From assembly GCA_028534125.1 (NCBI GenBank), contig CM052817.1, forward strand, positions 32,800,001-32,864,000: a stretch of 64,000 nucleotides of DNA, read 5' to 3'. The translations under genes were made by a program, and so were the position numbers. Positions 35,706-49,400 of the stretch are shown one piece after another; the stretch's first letter is position 1; each line of letters begins with the position of its first letter. The notes beneath the pieces were generated by a model, which was not told where the DNA came from, did not search any database, and saw nothing but the letters and a program-made list of their open reading frames with translations. Source of the stretch: Lama glama (lineage: Eukaryota).

Positions 35706-37514
35706 AAAACAAATCTAGGCAGTGGAATAAAGTGAGTGCCGTTATTTCTGCATATAAAAATGGCTTTCTATAACAGTGTAAATCAACTATATTTCAATGA
35801 AAAAAATGGGGGAAATAGGTTTTTGAGAAGCAGAAAAAAAAAGAAAAAAGAAAAAGAAAACACTTTCTTGCCTTATTGAAAAGGGGCCTCGCCATCAATT
35901 TGCTTTACCTAATGGAATGTTAGAAAATTCGATAGCAATGGGGACCTAAATACATTTGTGCAATTGAGTTCAGTTTCTTGCATGCCTGCCATTCCCAATG
36001 AGAAGAACATGCCTCCGACAGCTGCTGGTCCAAGGAGGGTAAGACTTGAACACAACCCAAAACTTGAAGTCTAGAATCTGGATTTCAGCTGAGCTCAGCT
36101 GATGTAGCTGACTCAGATACCCTTTAGAAAGAAATAAATGTTTTTTTTTTAAAAATGGCCTTCTACTATTTACAAAACCAAAAGAAAAAGTGAGAGATGG
36201 GAAATAGAGAAGTCATCCCCACACCTCTCTGGGCCGTGCTCACTCTCCTACTTAACACTCTGTTAGGACGCTTCTCCTGACAACTTTGAGTTCTCACCCT
36301 GCAAAACTAGCCCTTTTGCTTCTGTTCTGTTCTCTGGAGAGACAAAGAGTTGGAAGAAACAGATGTCCATGCCGTCTGTGGACAAAAGAGGCCACCAGGT
36401 TCCACTGACAGAGGCAGGGACAGCTTTGTGTCCCTGGACCCAGCAGTGCTGGGTGGTGGGTGGGAGTAGGGGTGCCCTGCTTCTCCGGTATAACATAATG
36501 AAACAAAGATGGGCTTTGCCTTGCTTAGTAGCTGCTGGAAAAGAGGGTCAGGGACTCCTTTGAGGGTCACTGGAGTTGACTGGTCCAGCTGCTGCCCTCT
36601 ATCCCTCGTAAAGTTGCCAAAATGGAGCTTTCAGCTCAAGAGCAGTAAGTTGGAAGGAGGAAGCACTGACTGAAGCCTGCTGCCCTCTGGATGGGCGCCC
36701 AACAGGGCTGCTGTGACTCCCTCCCAGCCTTCAGCGAGCGCCTGCTGTAGGCCCATGCAGGTGCCAAGCGCTGAGAATTCAAGAAAGAATACGACCTGGA
36801 TCAGCCCTCCGTTCTCATAGCTATCACTTTCATGTCCTTTTGATTGACACCTACAGCAAGGAATTTATTTAAATCACAAGTGTGTACGTAGGTATGACTC
36901 AGTTATTTTGTTTCACATCATTAGATGCAAGGCTTCACCTCGCTTGCATGTTCTATTCTTCATCATTAAAAAGTGCTGATTAGACTGCAATGAATTGAGA
37001 TCTTTATCCACTGATGTGCAGTGGCTCAAGCTGTCCGGTTAGAAAACACTAATCTAACACTGGGAGAAAGATACCCAATGTGTATAATGATGCAACAAAA
37101 TACGTGCAGCCACAGAAGTGTGCACAGAAGGTATTGGAGCCCTGACGACGGCCCCGGGGCCGGGAAAATCCTCTCCCATGTTCTTTCTATTGCTGTCGTG
37201 TGGCATCCGCAGCACGTCCTGCAGGGGCGTCTGCTGATCTGTTTCTCAGCACATCTCTTGCCGGCTTCTCAGTCCGCCCTCACCCCCTGCACAGACCATA
37301 GATCTTGCCCTTGGTGACTCTGAGCCAACGTCATATGTGAAACCACCTGCGAGTCCAGACAGGACAGGGACAAACTAGCAGCTCAGCGCCCTTTCCTGCC
37401 GTAGAACTCTCCCCTTAGAACGACGGTACCCCAAGCACAGAAGGGGCCCACATGGACTCCTTTATTTTATGAGGCTCTATCTGTTTGTTCCTCTCAGGCT
37501 CAGCATCAGTGGGC

Positions 37515-37645
37515 TTTTTTTTTTTTTTTTTGGAGGGAGAGGAAACTAGGTTTATTTATTTATTTAAATGGAGGTTCTGAGGATTGAACCCAGGACTTCC
37601 TGCATGCTAAGCACTCACTCTACCACTGAGCTGTACCCTCCCTGG
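37515..37645 (-). mobile_element. tRNA-Ala-derived SINE (long-tail form)
   Basis: Reverse tRNA-like body, poly-T run on +, TSD ca(t/c)cagtggg. Confidence 0.8.
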
Positions 37646-40580
37646 TCACCAGTGGGTCTTGAATGAGAAGTGGGGGAAGACAGTCCCAGGGGCAAAGAGC
37701 AGGGCAGCCAGTGGCAGGAAAGTAATGGCTATGGCTGCTGATACAGAGGGAGGATGCAGTGTGTAGGGGCAACTCAACGCTAAGCACACATTTCTTCTCC
37801 TGGGGCTGCACTGCACTGACTCCTGGGGCCAAGTCCCGGAGAAGCAGAGGGGGTACCAGTGGATGACCCCTGGGAGAGCTCCCTCACATGGGCTGTCTTG
37901 GTGACCAGTCCAGGCGTGGAGTTTATGAGGAGTTGCAATAGATACTGGATAGGGAAAGTGTCTGTGCCAATGAGTCATCATGAAGAAAAGAATTAATGAC
38001 ACAGGAAGATTCAACTTCCAAGAAAAGACCTGGAAGCATCCTTGAAGCCAAGAAATGTGGTGATTAAGAGCATAGGCTTTACAATAAGCCTGATGGGGGG
38101 CTAAATCCTGGCGTCCCATTTCCCGTGTGCTCTTTGGAAGATACCTGAGAACAGAAGGGAGCATGACCCAATCCCTGCCTTCTGGAAGTTCGTATCTACT
38201 GCTTCGCCTTTCTGGGCCTCAGAGTCCTCATGGGTAGAGGAGGGATAATGACAGGGGTGTTGTGAGGTCTGAACATGAGAATGGCTGGTCCCAAGGAACA
38301 GCTGACGACGGGTTAGCTTCAAAATTTGGGTAGTGAGAAGCATGGGAAATCAGGACCGGGGAGACTGTAAATGGCTGTACATCTCTTCTTTCCATCAGCC
38401 TGAAAGCAAAGTAGAAGATACCCTCTCCTGATGGTTTCAACCTCATCTCAGAGATGTAGCTCTGGGAAATCATGGTTAGCTCCTCAAAGCCCTCCTTTTC
38501 CTCTTTATGTTTATCCCAGTTTTGTTCAAACCATGAACACGGGGGCCAGACAGAAGTACCTTTCCTTGCCGAGTTCTATGGAATGGTGGGAAGGGCCAGC
38601 CACGGAGGCCCGTGTAGAAACAGAACAAAACGGCTCTCTCTGGGGGTCCTGGGGTGGGGAGGGCTGTAGGTCAGCCCACCAAGGGCCAGCCCACCAAGCC
38701 CTCCCGCCCCCAGCAGACAGATGAGACACCCCTGGCAACTGAGAGCAGAGGCCCGGCAGCTGGATGTCTAGGAGTGGGTCTTGACAGCTGCTGGGAGAAC
38801 ACACATTCCTTTTTCTTAAATCTGTTACATGGAAAAACATCCCTCTGCAATCAGTCTCCAGGCGCAGAAGCCTTAACTCCAGGGGTTTGAGTGGAGAGAA
38901 ACAGCCATCCAGTGCTGGTCTAGGACAGTTCCAAACATCTTCCCAGGCAAAGCCTGCCTATGATAGCGAAGCTTCTGGCCATAGGAAGAGCTTCAGAAAA
39001 CACTCTGCAGAGTTTAAAAGGGTAATTTAAAAACGTGATGTCTCACGGTTCATGAATCAGTGATGGAAAATACAAACAGACAGTCCACCCACCACAGACA
39101 TTCTATATCAGCCTCAGGAGAGCTACAAAGTCCATCAGCATATTAAAGGCACTGTGAAATCCTGCAGCAAAGAATCTGGGGTTAATTGTCTGTTTAACCC
39201 AGTGTTCCCCCAAACATACTTGTTCACGGAAACCTTTTGCCAGGAAAAAGTTCCTTCTGTGGAACATCACTGGCCAAAGAGTGAGTCAGGGCCTCCTCTC
39301 ATTGACACCATGCCTCCCTGCAAATGAGAAACTCCTGCCGTGAGCAGATGCATGTGCCCTTGGCCTGACCATGGAGGCAGCAGCCTGACTGGGAGAGTAC
39401 TCAATGGGCCGTCCTCAGACCTGACTGACTAGGGCCGGAAAGTCCACACTTGTTATTTTAGTCTCTCTTCAAGGTTAAGGCCAAGCTAATGAATGAAGGA
39501 ATAGGGTGCCTGGGTGGAGAAGGTCAGAGACCACGTCTAACCTGGAAGCTTCTATATGAACTGGCCACCATGAAGGGCTGCTGGACAATCCTTGGCTTAC
39601 ATTTAACAAAGGAGCCCCTGAACACTTTTGAGACAGTGATCTGTGTGCATTAGTTAAAAAAAATAGAGAGGGAAAATGCACTAGCCATGCGTTGCATCAG
39701 AAGCTGATTATAATTGGGAGTAGCAGGAAGGAGAACTGGTGTCCATTCCAGCCACTTACTGGTTGGTTTACAGTCTGATTGCCTTCTGTCCTCTGGCTTT
39801 TGGAATGGACCGGTTTTCCTGGCACATGCATTTATTGAACTCTGAAAGTCCAGATCTTCTATGTAGATTAATTCATGATTTCAAAGAGGCTTTGAAGCTG
39901 GCAAAACATTCTGTTATTTCCAAGAGTTATTACAACTGAAATCCTGGCATAGACAAAGAGGTCAGACTGTAATCTTGTTTAGCTCTTTTAAATTTAGAAA
40001 CTTTACAGTGGGTTAAAAATAGATCACATTTGTGTACTTTTCCTCCTTTCATCTCCGCTGCAAAAGCTGTTCAGTAATTTTGACCTACCCTCAATATTAG
40101 CCAGAGAAATTCTCGTGCTTGTCCCCCGGGAGTCTGCTAAGCCAAAATAAAAGTAATTTTCAAGTGGATTTGAGGGTGATGCTAGTTATATGACTGAGCA
40201 AAGTTCTTCCTTATCCCACATAATGAGTTCTAGAATTAAAAGCACAGGACTATCACCAAGATCTGTAAATGGGATGTGGATTCCCACTGAGCGAAACTGT
40301 GGGACATGAGAGAAGTATTTGATAGTGCTAACCTGGAGGCCTGTGTCCTGACCTATTGATCAGAAAAGATCAGAAGGCTTAGGTCAAGAGAAGCTGTATG
40401 AGGCTGGAAGCTCAGGCTGCTTATAAATGAAAGTTAAATAAAGACTGCGCCCGATCTCAGAAGAGCCAAATACCAGACGTTATCTTCTGGGGTCCTCGCC
40501 AGGGCAAAGCGGGTGCCAGCATTTACATGCCTAGCAAGGAGAGCGTTATGCTCAGGATTGCCTTGTCGTGGTTACTTTAC

Positions 40581-40715
40581 CTTCATGAACATGCTAAATC
40601 CAGTCTTCAGGAGATCAGTGAGGCCTGAAGACATGTGTTCAATATCAACTGGATCTGGCCTCTCGGGATTAAATATTTCCTCCACAACCTGCTTCAGCAA
40701 TGGCTTGTAGGATGC
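40581..40715 (-). CDS. SCFD2: SCFD2 internal coding exon (third from last)
   Basis: Minus strand: tgtctttccag| ASYKPLLKQVVEEIFNPERPDPVDIEHMSSGLTDLLKTGFSMFMK |gtaaag. 135 nt, phase 0/0. Confidence 0.94.
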
Positions 40716-42288
40716 CTGGAAAGACAAAATATTGTGCTGTAAGTAAGAGGGTTTGTTGCTTTGTCTGGAGAGAGGATGGCTTTATCTGAACCAAATGAAG
40801 CAAAACAAGTTTATTTTGATACTGAGCAATGGCTTTGATTTTGTGTGTGTGAAAGGACAATGTAACAACATGGTTTTTGGGGGGTAAATTTTTACCCCAT
40901 TACACTAGCATTATTTTTTTTTCTCACATTCCCTTCCACAAGCAAATACCTCTTACCAGAGCTGTATAATCATAGTCTGACTAACTTTTCAATGCAAATT
41001 TAAAGTGACAATTTTATGCCTGAAGTATATGGAAAAGCAAAGCACTGTCATCTGATATAGACATGAAGATGGTCTTCAGTGTTTCTAGTATTTCCTAAAC
41101 ATTCTTGGAATTATGCTCTCTCCGCTAGGCTCCCGAATGCTTTCTTTCAATGTATTGTCAATCTCCAAGCCCCAAGCAATCCCTCCTTCTTTTAGAGAGG
41201 TCAACTCCAAGTACAAACTTGGGCAGAAAAAGAAGCCAAGATGCCAGAAAGGAATCTGACCAAGGTCAGGGCTTAGAGAAAGCTGGCCACATGGTACTAT
41301 CAGAATTTTAGTAAAATTAAGTTGATGTGAATTTGCAACAATGGTAGTTTGGTAAAGGGGCTAAATCTATCCACGGTTGGGTACTATTTGGAGGTGGCTG
41401 CCTCTGACCAATGTATATTCTAAGCAGGTTCCCCCCACCTCTTTCCTTGGGTCTCCTTACTACCAACCTTTTCCTCTCTCCTTCCCTCCCCATCAACTGA
41501 ACCACCTTCTTCCCAGTCCTGTTGCTGCCTCTGCTGATCCAGTTCCATACGGCACCCAAGGTGGAGCTTGAAGGGTGAAGGAAGAGGGATGTCTTCCCTT
41601 GAAGCCCTCGGTTCTATCTCCGACAGGCTCAGAAAAGCCAGGCTCTGACCACACTGTCGAGGTGTCTTGAACTGTTTCCCTGCATTGGCTAAATCTGTGA
41701 CTTGCTTCTAGCCAGGGTGGAAGATGTTTGGTGTACTAACTTCATTTCTGTCTTCATCTTGCTGTCTTAGTCATCTTTTATTCCTATTTTCCCTTTATTC
41801 CAACTTTCTTACTTAAACTATTTTAGGAATAAAGCAGGGTGTAAACCATCAAAATCATAAAAAATCCTTTAGCTAGAAGGTAACTGGTGCATTGATCATG
41901 GAAAAGATGCTGGAAGAAATAGCAAGTGTTGATTTGAGGGTGCAGCTCTCCTCTGTTTATTCATCAAATCGACCACTGTGTGCCAGAGATCTCATAGGTA
42001 AACACTCAGAAAACAGAAAGTACTGGGCAGAGACACCAATAACAAAGAAATTAAAATAAACAAAAACAAAAACTATGAGTCAACTTTCCTCATAATAAAG
42101 CTGTAATGCCAAGATAGATTTGTAATATTTATCACACAGGCAAAAATCCAGAGGTTTGAAAAGACACTCTTTTGATGAGGACTTGGGGAAACAGACATGC
42201 TCCAATACTGCTGGTGGGAGTATAAATTGTTACAGCCAGTGTGGAGAGGAGTTGGGCAATACCTATCAAAATTACAAATGCACCTGAT

Positions 42289-42295
<7 letters not shown>

Positions 42296-42327
<32 letters not shown>

Positions 42328-42336
42328 ACACACACA
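42296..42336. repeat. (CA)n microsatellite at an L1 5' junction
   Basis: Read directly from sequence. Confidence 0.9.
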
Positions 42337-42850
42337 GGAATACTACTCAGTCATAAAAAAGAATACAATAATGCCATTTGCAGTAACATGGATGGACTTG
42401 GAGATTGTCATACTAAGTGAAGCAAGCCAGAAAGAGAAAGAAAAATACCATATGATATCACTTATATGTGGAATCTAAAATAAATAAACAAATAAAAGAA
42501 TACAAATGAATTTATTTACAAAACAGAGACAGACTCACAGACATAGAAAACAAACTTGTGGTTACGGGGTATGAGGAAGGGGGCGTTGGAGGGATAAAGT
42601 GGGAGTTTGGAATTTATAGATGCTAACTACTATATATAAAATAGATAAACAACTAGGACCTACTGTATAGCACAGGACTATATTCAATACCTTGTAATAG
42701 CCTATAATGAAAAAGAATATGAAAAGGAATATATATATATATGTATATGTGTATATATATATATATGTAAATCACTATGCTGTATACCAAAAGTTAATAC
42801 ATTGTAAATTGACTATTATTCAGTTAAAAAACAAAAACAAAAACAAAATA
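42337..42850 (+). mobile_element. L1 3'-end fragment nested in older L1 sequence (about 42100-43250)
   Basis: ORF2 C-terminus-like EYYSVIKKNTIMPFAVTWMDLEIVILSEASQKEKEKYHMISLICGI, followed by L1 3' UTR and A-rich tail. More degraded L1 sequence lies on both flanks. Confidence 0.85.
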
Positions 42851-43532
42851 AAACACATACATCTGACCTAGCAATTCCAAATCTAGGAATTTATCCTATA
42901 AATATGCTCATATATGCAAATGAGATCCATTAAGGGCTGTTTATAACAGCAAAGATTGAAAAAACTCATGTGCCCATCAGTAGGGGGGCAGTTTAATCAA
43001 TGGGATGCATGCAAAGAGGGAAGTTCTGTGCTGATAAAGCAAAAAGCAAGGTGGTGAGGCCTGCTGTATATGATAGGCTGGCATTTGTGTAACATGTGCC
43101 GGAAGGTATATGAAAGTTTGCATTTGCTGAAACATGCAGAAAATAAACTCTGCTGTGATATACAGAGACCACTGTGAGCAGTGATCATGGAGTGGGGGAT
43201 TGGACAGGGACAAAGGTGGGAGGAAGGCCTTTCATTGTACTGCTTTTTTAAAAAGCACAGTTAAACCACCACTACACGTGCATACAGCAAGAATGATCTT
43301 TTTTTTTCTTATATTAAAAATTAATAAATCATTTATGCATGGATTAGACTATAGTGAAGCCAAACTAGATTAGGGCTAACTTTAGGTTCTGGGAGTAGGG
43401 GACATTGTTTTCTTCTTTTTCCAAAATTTAAAAAATGAATAGGTATGCCTCTGGAATCATAAAATAATCCAAAAATATTTTCAATGTTAAAAAAAGGGTC
43501 ATGGAATGGCCTCTGAACTCTACAAATCCTCT

Positions 43533-43592
43533 TTTTTTTTTTTTTTTTAATAAGTGGTGCTACTGGGGATTGAACCCAGAACCCAGGACCTC
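43533..43592 (-). mobile_element. 5'-truncated tRNA-Ala-derived SINE
   Basis: Poly-T followed by 'tactggggattgaacccag...gacctc' only. Confidence 0.6.
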
Positions 43593-44900
43593 TTCTATCA
43601 TTTCAGCCTTTCTGGACATTTAATCTTTTAAACTTTAATCTCTTTAAAATGCTCCCCATTGAGAAGTCCTTTGGCTAAAACTCTGTTGTCTTACCAGCAT
43701 TATCATCAAATAGTCATCAATTTCTTCCTTAGGAAGAGAATCCAATTTTTGGCCAGGCACATGATCAGTTAGTTGAAAGACTCCATTCTCCAGGCTTCCT
43801 TGCTACTGGGTATGAAAGTTCTGGGCCATGAGACATGAATAAAAGGGGAGTGGGACTTTCAGAAGTCTCCTTTTTTTTAAAGGGAAGGGTAGGCTTTCCT
43901 CCCCTTTCTCTGTTCTGCTGCCTGGAACATGGAAGTGATGTCTGGAGCTCCAGCAACCACTGTGGAAGACAGAGCCATTCCTTAGAGATGCTGGAGCAGA
44001 GAGCTGGAAGAAACCCAGGTGGGTGATGACTGGTGGAGCCATCATAACCATAACATGAACAGATCTTTTCATGTTATGGTTACATTAATTTGTTTTATTC
44101 GTCTATATACAGTTATGTAGAATAACTTCAAGCAGAACCACAGAGAAATACACATAGGCTGTCACATTTAAGAGAGGAAGGGAGTATACCGTCCAACCTA
44201 CAAAAACTAAAAAGGCCGTTGCTCTCCATAGGATGTACGTTCAAAAGAAGGAAGAGTAGTGATGCTGAGAAGAGCCAGTCCTGTCATCCAGCAAAAACAC
44301 TGTGCCCGGCACCTCCTCTGTGCCAGGCACAGTGTACCAGGGAGACAGGATGGCTCTTGGGGCTCCAGAAGCCCCCCACAGACTGGGAGGCAGGAGAAAG
44401 AAGGCAGTGTGGGGTGTTAGGAATTCCGCTCTCTCCCCTGCTCCACTTTCAGCTAAGCTCTGGGGAGTGACACTCCAGGGAGAAGATGCCCCTTGAGCTA
44501 GGGTTCCCCTGGGGACGGGGTGAGCAGAGATTTGTGAGTGCTATTCCATTCATACTTTCTCTCCTGGGACTTTGTGATCCTTGTATGTTACTGGGCAATG
44601 TTGTCAATCTTTTTTATTCTTTTTTAAGGTATGTAGGTAACATGTATTTAGAGTGAGAAAAGAAGCTACAATTTTAATACAGAAAAGTAGCAGATAACAA
44701 ACACATCACATAATCCAGAAAAGTCACCAAAATGCTTTTATTAACAAACTGCTTGACATGCCTCTATAATACTCATTTCTCACATTTCTTGACTGCATTC
44801 TCTCCTGACATTTATATGACATTTTCATATGATTGTCTTCTCACATGATAGCAACTTTAAAACATAATTTTCTATAGAAAGATGAGATTTTTTAAAATGC

Positions 44901-45012
44901 ATTTTTTTCTTTTCTTTCTTTTTTTTTTTTCAGTAGAGGTACTGGGGATTGAACCCAGGACCTCGTGTGTGCTAGGTATGTGCTCTACCACTGAGCTATA
45001 CCCACACCCCAC
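44901..45012 (-). mobile_element. tRNA-Ala-derived SINE
   Basis: Reverse body GGTATAGCTCAGTGGTAGAGCAC...GGTTCAATCCCCAGTACCTC plus A-rich tail. Confidence 0.85.
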
Positions 45013-45019
45013 CATTATG

Positions 45020-45250
45020 CTGTTGTCTCTAGACCCCAAACCCTCCCTCCTCTACTCAGTTCTGAGATGCTGGCCTGCAAAACATATTTGTGCTTTGCCA
45101 TCTAGATCTGCTAGACTCCGCCAACAGGGGGCACGGGAAGGAGACTGGAGGCAGGAAAAGCAAGCAGGAACTTGCTCCTCCCTGTTTATTTGCTGTCCTC
45201 CCCATCACTCCAGCAATGGCCCCTCACCACTTGAAGCTGTCCTGTCTCTG
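45020..45250. mobile_element. Old ERVL-type LTR fragment (LTR33-like)
   Basis: 'ctccgccaacagggggcacgggaaggagactggaggcagga' resembles recalled LTR33 sequence. Confidence 0.4.
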
Positions 45251-45881
45251 GATTTTTAAGACATACGACCCCATACACTACCTTTCTTGTTTAAGCTGGT
45301 TTCAGATTTTTCCTTTTTCTATTTTCACTTGTAATCAAAAGCCCATTAAATGATAAAAGTATTATTAATTTAAAGAGATGTTGATAGGTTTTCTTACTTA
45401 AATATTATATTTTAAAAAAGACCTCTAGATTCTTCTTTAAAACAACTAGGCACAGCACAACTGAATAACAACGTCCATTTAAAGAGCACGATTTGGGAAA
45501 GACTTCCTCAGGTACAAAGCAGTCCTTGTCTTGTGACTTCTTAGCAAACGCATTTCTTAGTCTTCCCAATTAGGGTTTTAATCATGAGAACTTTTGGCTC
45601 CTTCCGCACTTAGGATTTTTTTCTGCCCCAGATCATGTCACTGAAATTTGAGTGGAATGAACTGCTTTGGCAGTAGCTTCTTAGATCAGGACCCGCTAAC
45701 TGTCATGGAATTTTCTATTCAGCCAGAAGCTACCCACTTCTCAGCAAAGGACCATAGAAAGTGGTGATGGGGAGACAGATGTCTTCCCTCAGTGCCCTAC
45801 TCAAAGTTTTCTTCACATGTTAGAGAGGGCCAGAGGGGAGCATACTCCTGTAGTTTGCCTCAACATAAGAGGGTTAGCTAG

Positions 45882-45977
45882 AGGGTGGGTAGAGCTCAGT
45901 GGTACGGCACATGCCTAGCATACACAAGGTCCTGGTTTCAGTTCTCTGCACCCCCATTAACTGAAAAAGAAAAAAAA
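45882..45977 (+). mobile_element. tRNA-Ala-derived SINE
   Basis: Degenerate tRNA-like body, A tail, TSD ggtta(g/a)ctagag. Confidence 0.75.
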
Positions 45978-48900
45978 GGTTAACTAGAGTATTTTAATTC
46001 TCGTAACTGAATATTCACTGTCAGTTCACCTTTTAGCGGGGAAGGAGAGGAATTAAAAACAGACCAATTCATCCTTATTTCTCACTTGTACCACATCCAG
46101 TATGTGGTAGCATCAGGGGGTCTCTGCCCTACACAGTCATTCAGACACCCAGGTTCCTGCTATTGAGAGGCTCCACCACTCCCTAGGGCACAGGAATCCC
46201 ACACTAAAGCTTTGCATCTCATCAGCAGAGGATGAAAGAGAGAGTGTATGGAGGATTTCCAGAGAGATTTTATGGGTTCGGCCTGAAAGTGATCTGTATC
46301 ACTTCTGCCCATTATTCATTGGCCAGAATTAGTCACAAGCCTACATCTACCTGCAAGGGAATTTGGAAAATGTGCTCTAACTGTGCCAGGAGGAAAAGGA
46401 AATGGAGTCTGGGGAACATACGTAGCATTGTCTCTGCCACAGACACACCAGAAAGTCTGAATTGAAACACTAATGTAATTATTCCCTTAACAATGGGCAA
46501 GTTGCATGTTGTAGGCAAAGGATTATTAAACCTCTTTTTCCTTCTGCATAAGAATTTGACCTTTAGTTAACTTTCTAGCTCTGTTTCCCTGGAAACCTGA
46601 TAAGGGAAGAATGTCAAACTCTAGCCAGGCAAGATTGCTTATGATAAAAATGACCCCTGCTTAGTCAATTGCATTAGACTGGAAGAACTATAAATAGTGG
46701 ACAGAAAGCCAGGGCTTTGGGCTTCGCTGAGTACGATGACTCTTGTCTAATTGGCCATGTCTCTTGGAGGAATGCTGGAAGCTCTGTCTGTGGAGTTGTT
46801 GCAGGGAAATTGGCTCCTGTAGGTTATGAGGTTTTTAAGCGAGTGGAATCCTGCCCCTAGCCATCCCCTCATGTAAGTCTAGTCCCTCACTCCTCAGCTG
46901 TCACCTCAGACCAAACCGATAGCTCCTAGGTAGCTGCATGACTGCTTCACGGATGCTTGCAAGGACTACTTCAAACAAGAAACACATCTGCTGCTCCCTG
47001 TGGTGAGCTATGTTTCTGTCCTGGGCAGACTGGTCCAACTGGGGACTATGATCACACAGCTGACTTGCCCACAAGGCACAGAATGCTTGATGCCTAGGGC
47101 CCACAAGACTGTTAGGGACCCATGAAAATGTATTAATTTCTTTTAAAAATCACAAGAAAAAAAATGAACTCTTAGGTCAAAGATAATGTTTTGATATATA
47201 ATGTTAATATATTTGTTTCTACACTGACACAATTGTATGATATAATTATATATGTAATTGAATACATGTAAATATATATGAATATAAATACACATATGAA
47301 TATATAGTTAATAAATTTATTCAAATAAATATATTTATATATAGAATTTTAACTTTATGTATAATATTCAATAAATATTTATTTAAATATATATTTATTT
47401 CTATTTATACAGAAAGAGCTCTATGAAGGCAAAAGTGCTTAGGGCCGTGAAAATCACAAGGTGGCTCTATATGACAGTCTCGTGAGGCTAGCCTGAAGGT
47501 TTGGCAGAGTCTGCTGAGACCGCCATGGGTGTTAGACACGAAATAGTTGAAGTTGCAAAAAAAATTGATCTTATAACTAGAAACACTCTTTTTTTCTTTA
47601 AATGGCCAATATCTCTTTCAGAACAAGCTGGGCTTTTAAAAACAGTACAGTTGATCAAAATATGAAAAATAAAATACTTGTTTCTATGTCTCTGGTTACT
47701 CTTTTGAGGGCGAGATGATGAATGATTAGGTCTAGAAGACGTATTGACCTGATTCTAGCTCTTGAAGAAAGGTACCGAGTACAGCAACGGTTTCTGACAT
47801 TACACATCAGGCAGAGACAATTTTGAGAAACTGGTCCAATCTCTCAACTGTGGCATACCTTAAAGATGGCTTAGGACATCAGTTTCCAAGAAACCTTGCG
47901 TAGCTGCCACAGCCACATCCTCATCAGTCAGTGCTGCTGACCTTGGCTTTGCTGGTTGGTGTTGGTGCCGCCAGGGACTCTCTCGGTCCTGCTACTGAAG
48001 GTGCTTCTTTCTTTTCTGCAGAACTGACTCTAAACAACCAACTCCTCAGGAAAACTTGACTTGTATAGAGGGTATTCACTTTATTTCAATCCAAGACTGT
48101 ACAGAAAAACATTTGTTCTAAGCTGGTCTTGGCTTTGACTACTCTGTGGCTTATTTATTTTTATTTTTTGCTACACCATGACTTTTTTCCTCCTTTCATC
48201 TGCTTAAAGAAAGTGGTTTGCTCTGCAGATTAAAAAGTGGTTCATTTGTCTATCTGTTCATCCATTCATCCATCCTTCAAATGAGAAGTGGATTACTCTT
48301 TAAAATTTTGAGTATAGTCCTTTCAACTTCAGTATGAAGAAACCAAATCCCAAAGCTCTTAACCAACTTGCTGTCATTCCCACAGGCAGTTAGAAGTTAG
48401 ACTACAGGACAGAGCCAAGTTTCCTGGCCCCCTATTTAGTCCTATCTTTTGCTGATTCTTTTGAAAAGGATGCTCGCAGGTGTGGGGTTAGGTAGATGGA
48501 ATCAGGAGGAAGAACAGAGCTTAACGCTTAGAAAAGAACAGCTGGGGGCCAGGGCTGGGGACTGCTGACAAAGAGGCTGGGCCTACAGACTGTTCAGAGG
48601 GCCACATTTCACTGGGCACAAGATGAATCAAGCCTCCTTGGGCCCTGCTGGTTCTAAAGGCTCTTGTTCAGCATGCCAGAGGCACAGAAGACAGTACGCA
48701 TCTGTGGAAAGTTTTCTCCAGTGCAGGGCAGCACTTTGAGACTTCTGCCAAAGTCAGCCATGCGAGAGCCCTTGAATATTTTGTCTGAAAGGGCTCATGA
48801 GCTCCTCGCCCTGAGACATCTGCCTAACACCCTCCCAATGCTGCAGCCGAGGGATCGGAGCACATCAAACACTGGCATCTAGGAAGGAGGTTAAGCCTCC

Positions 48901-49189
48901 CATTAAACTGGAACATTTGCAGTAAGAAATGAAAGCATAAGAAGACTTGCTGCACAGGCAAAAGTGGGGCTTAGGTTCCAGTCCTCAGAGTCTATAGACA
49001 AACATGAGCTTTCCAAACCAATGGGTGTCGGCAGTAAACTCTGACCATATGCTGCAGCTAATAGGACCTTCAGCTTGAGAACGACTCCCTTTCTGTGTAG
49101 CCCATCTCCCAACAAAGGAAAAGACAGGATGCTATGGAAGAGGACAAAGGGAAGGCCTATTTCATCCTTTACTACAACTGTTACAGCAA

Positions 49190-49400
49190 ATGCCTACATA
49201 GGGCTGTCTATCGTCAGTTCCTGTCCTTAGAGCTTTATATGTATGGACTGACCTAATCATCAGAGCACTCTTAGGAAGGAGCTATTAGGAGCTCCTTCTT
49301 ACAGAAGAGGAACTAGGCACAGAAAGGTGAAGTAATTTGCCTAAGGTCACACAGTTAGTAAGGAGCAGAGCTGGGCTATGAACCCAAGTGCTGCTGTTAA
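49190..49400 (-). mobile_element. MIR SINE
   Basis: 'aggcacagaaaggtgaagtaatttgcctaaggtcacacagttagtaaggagcagagctggg'. Confidence 0.65.
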
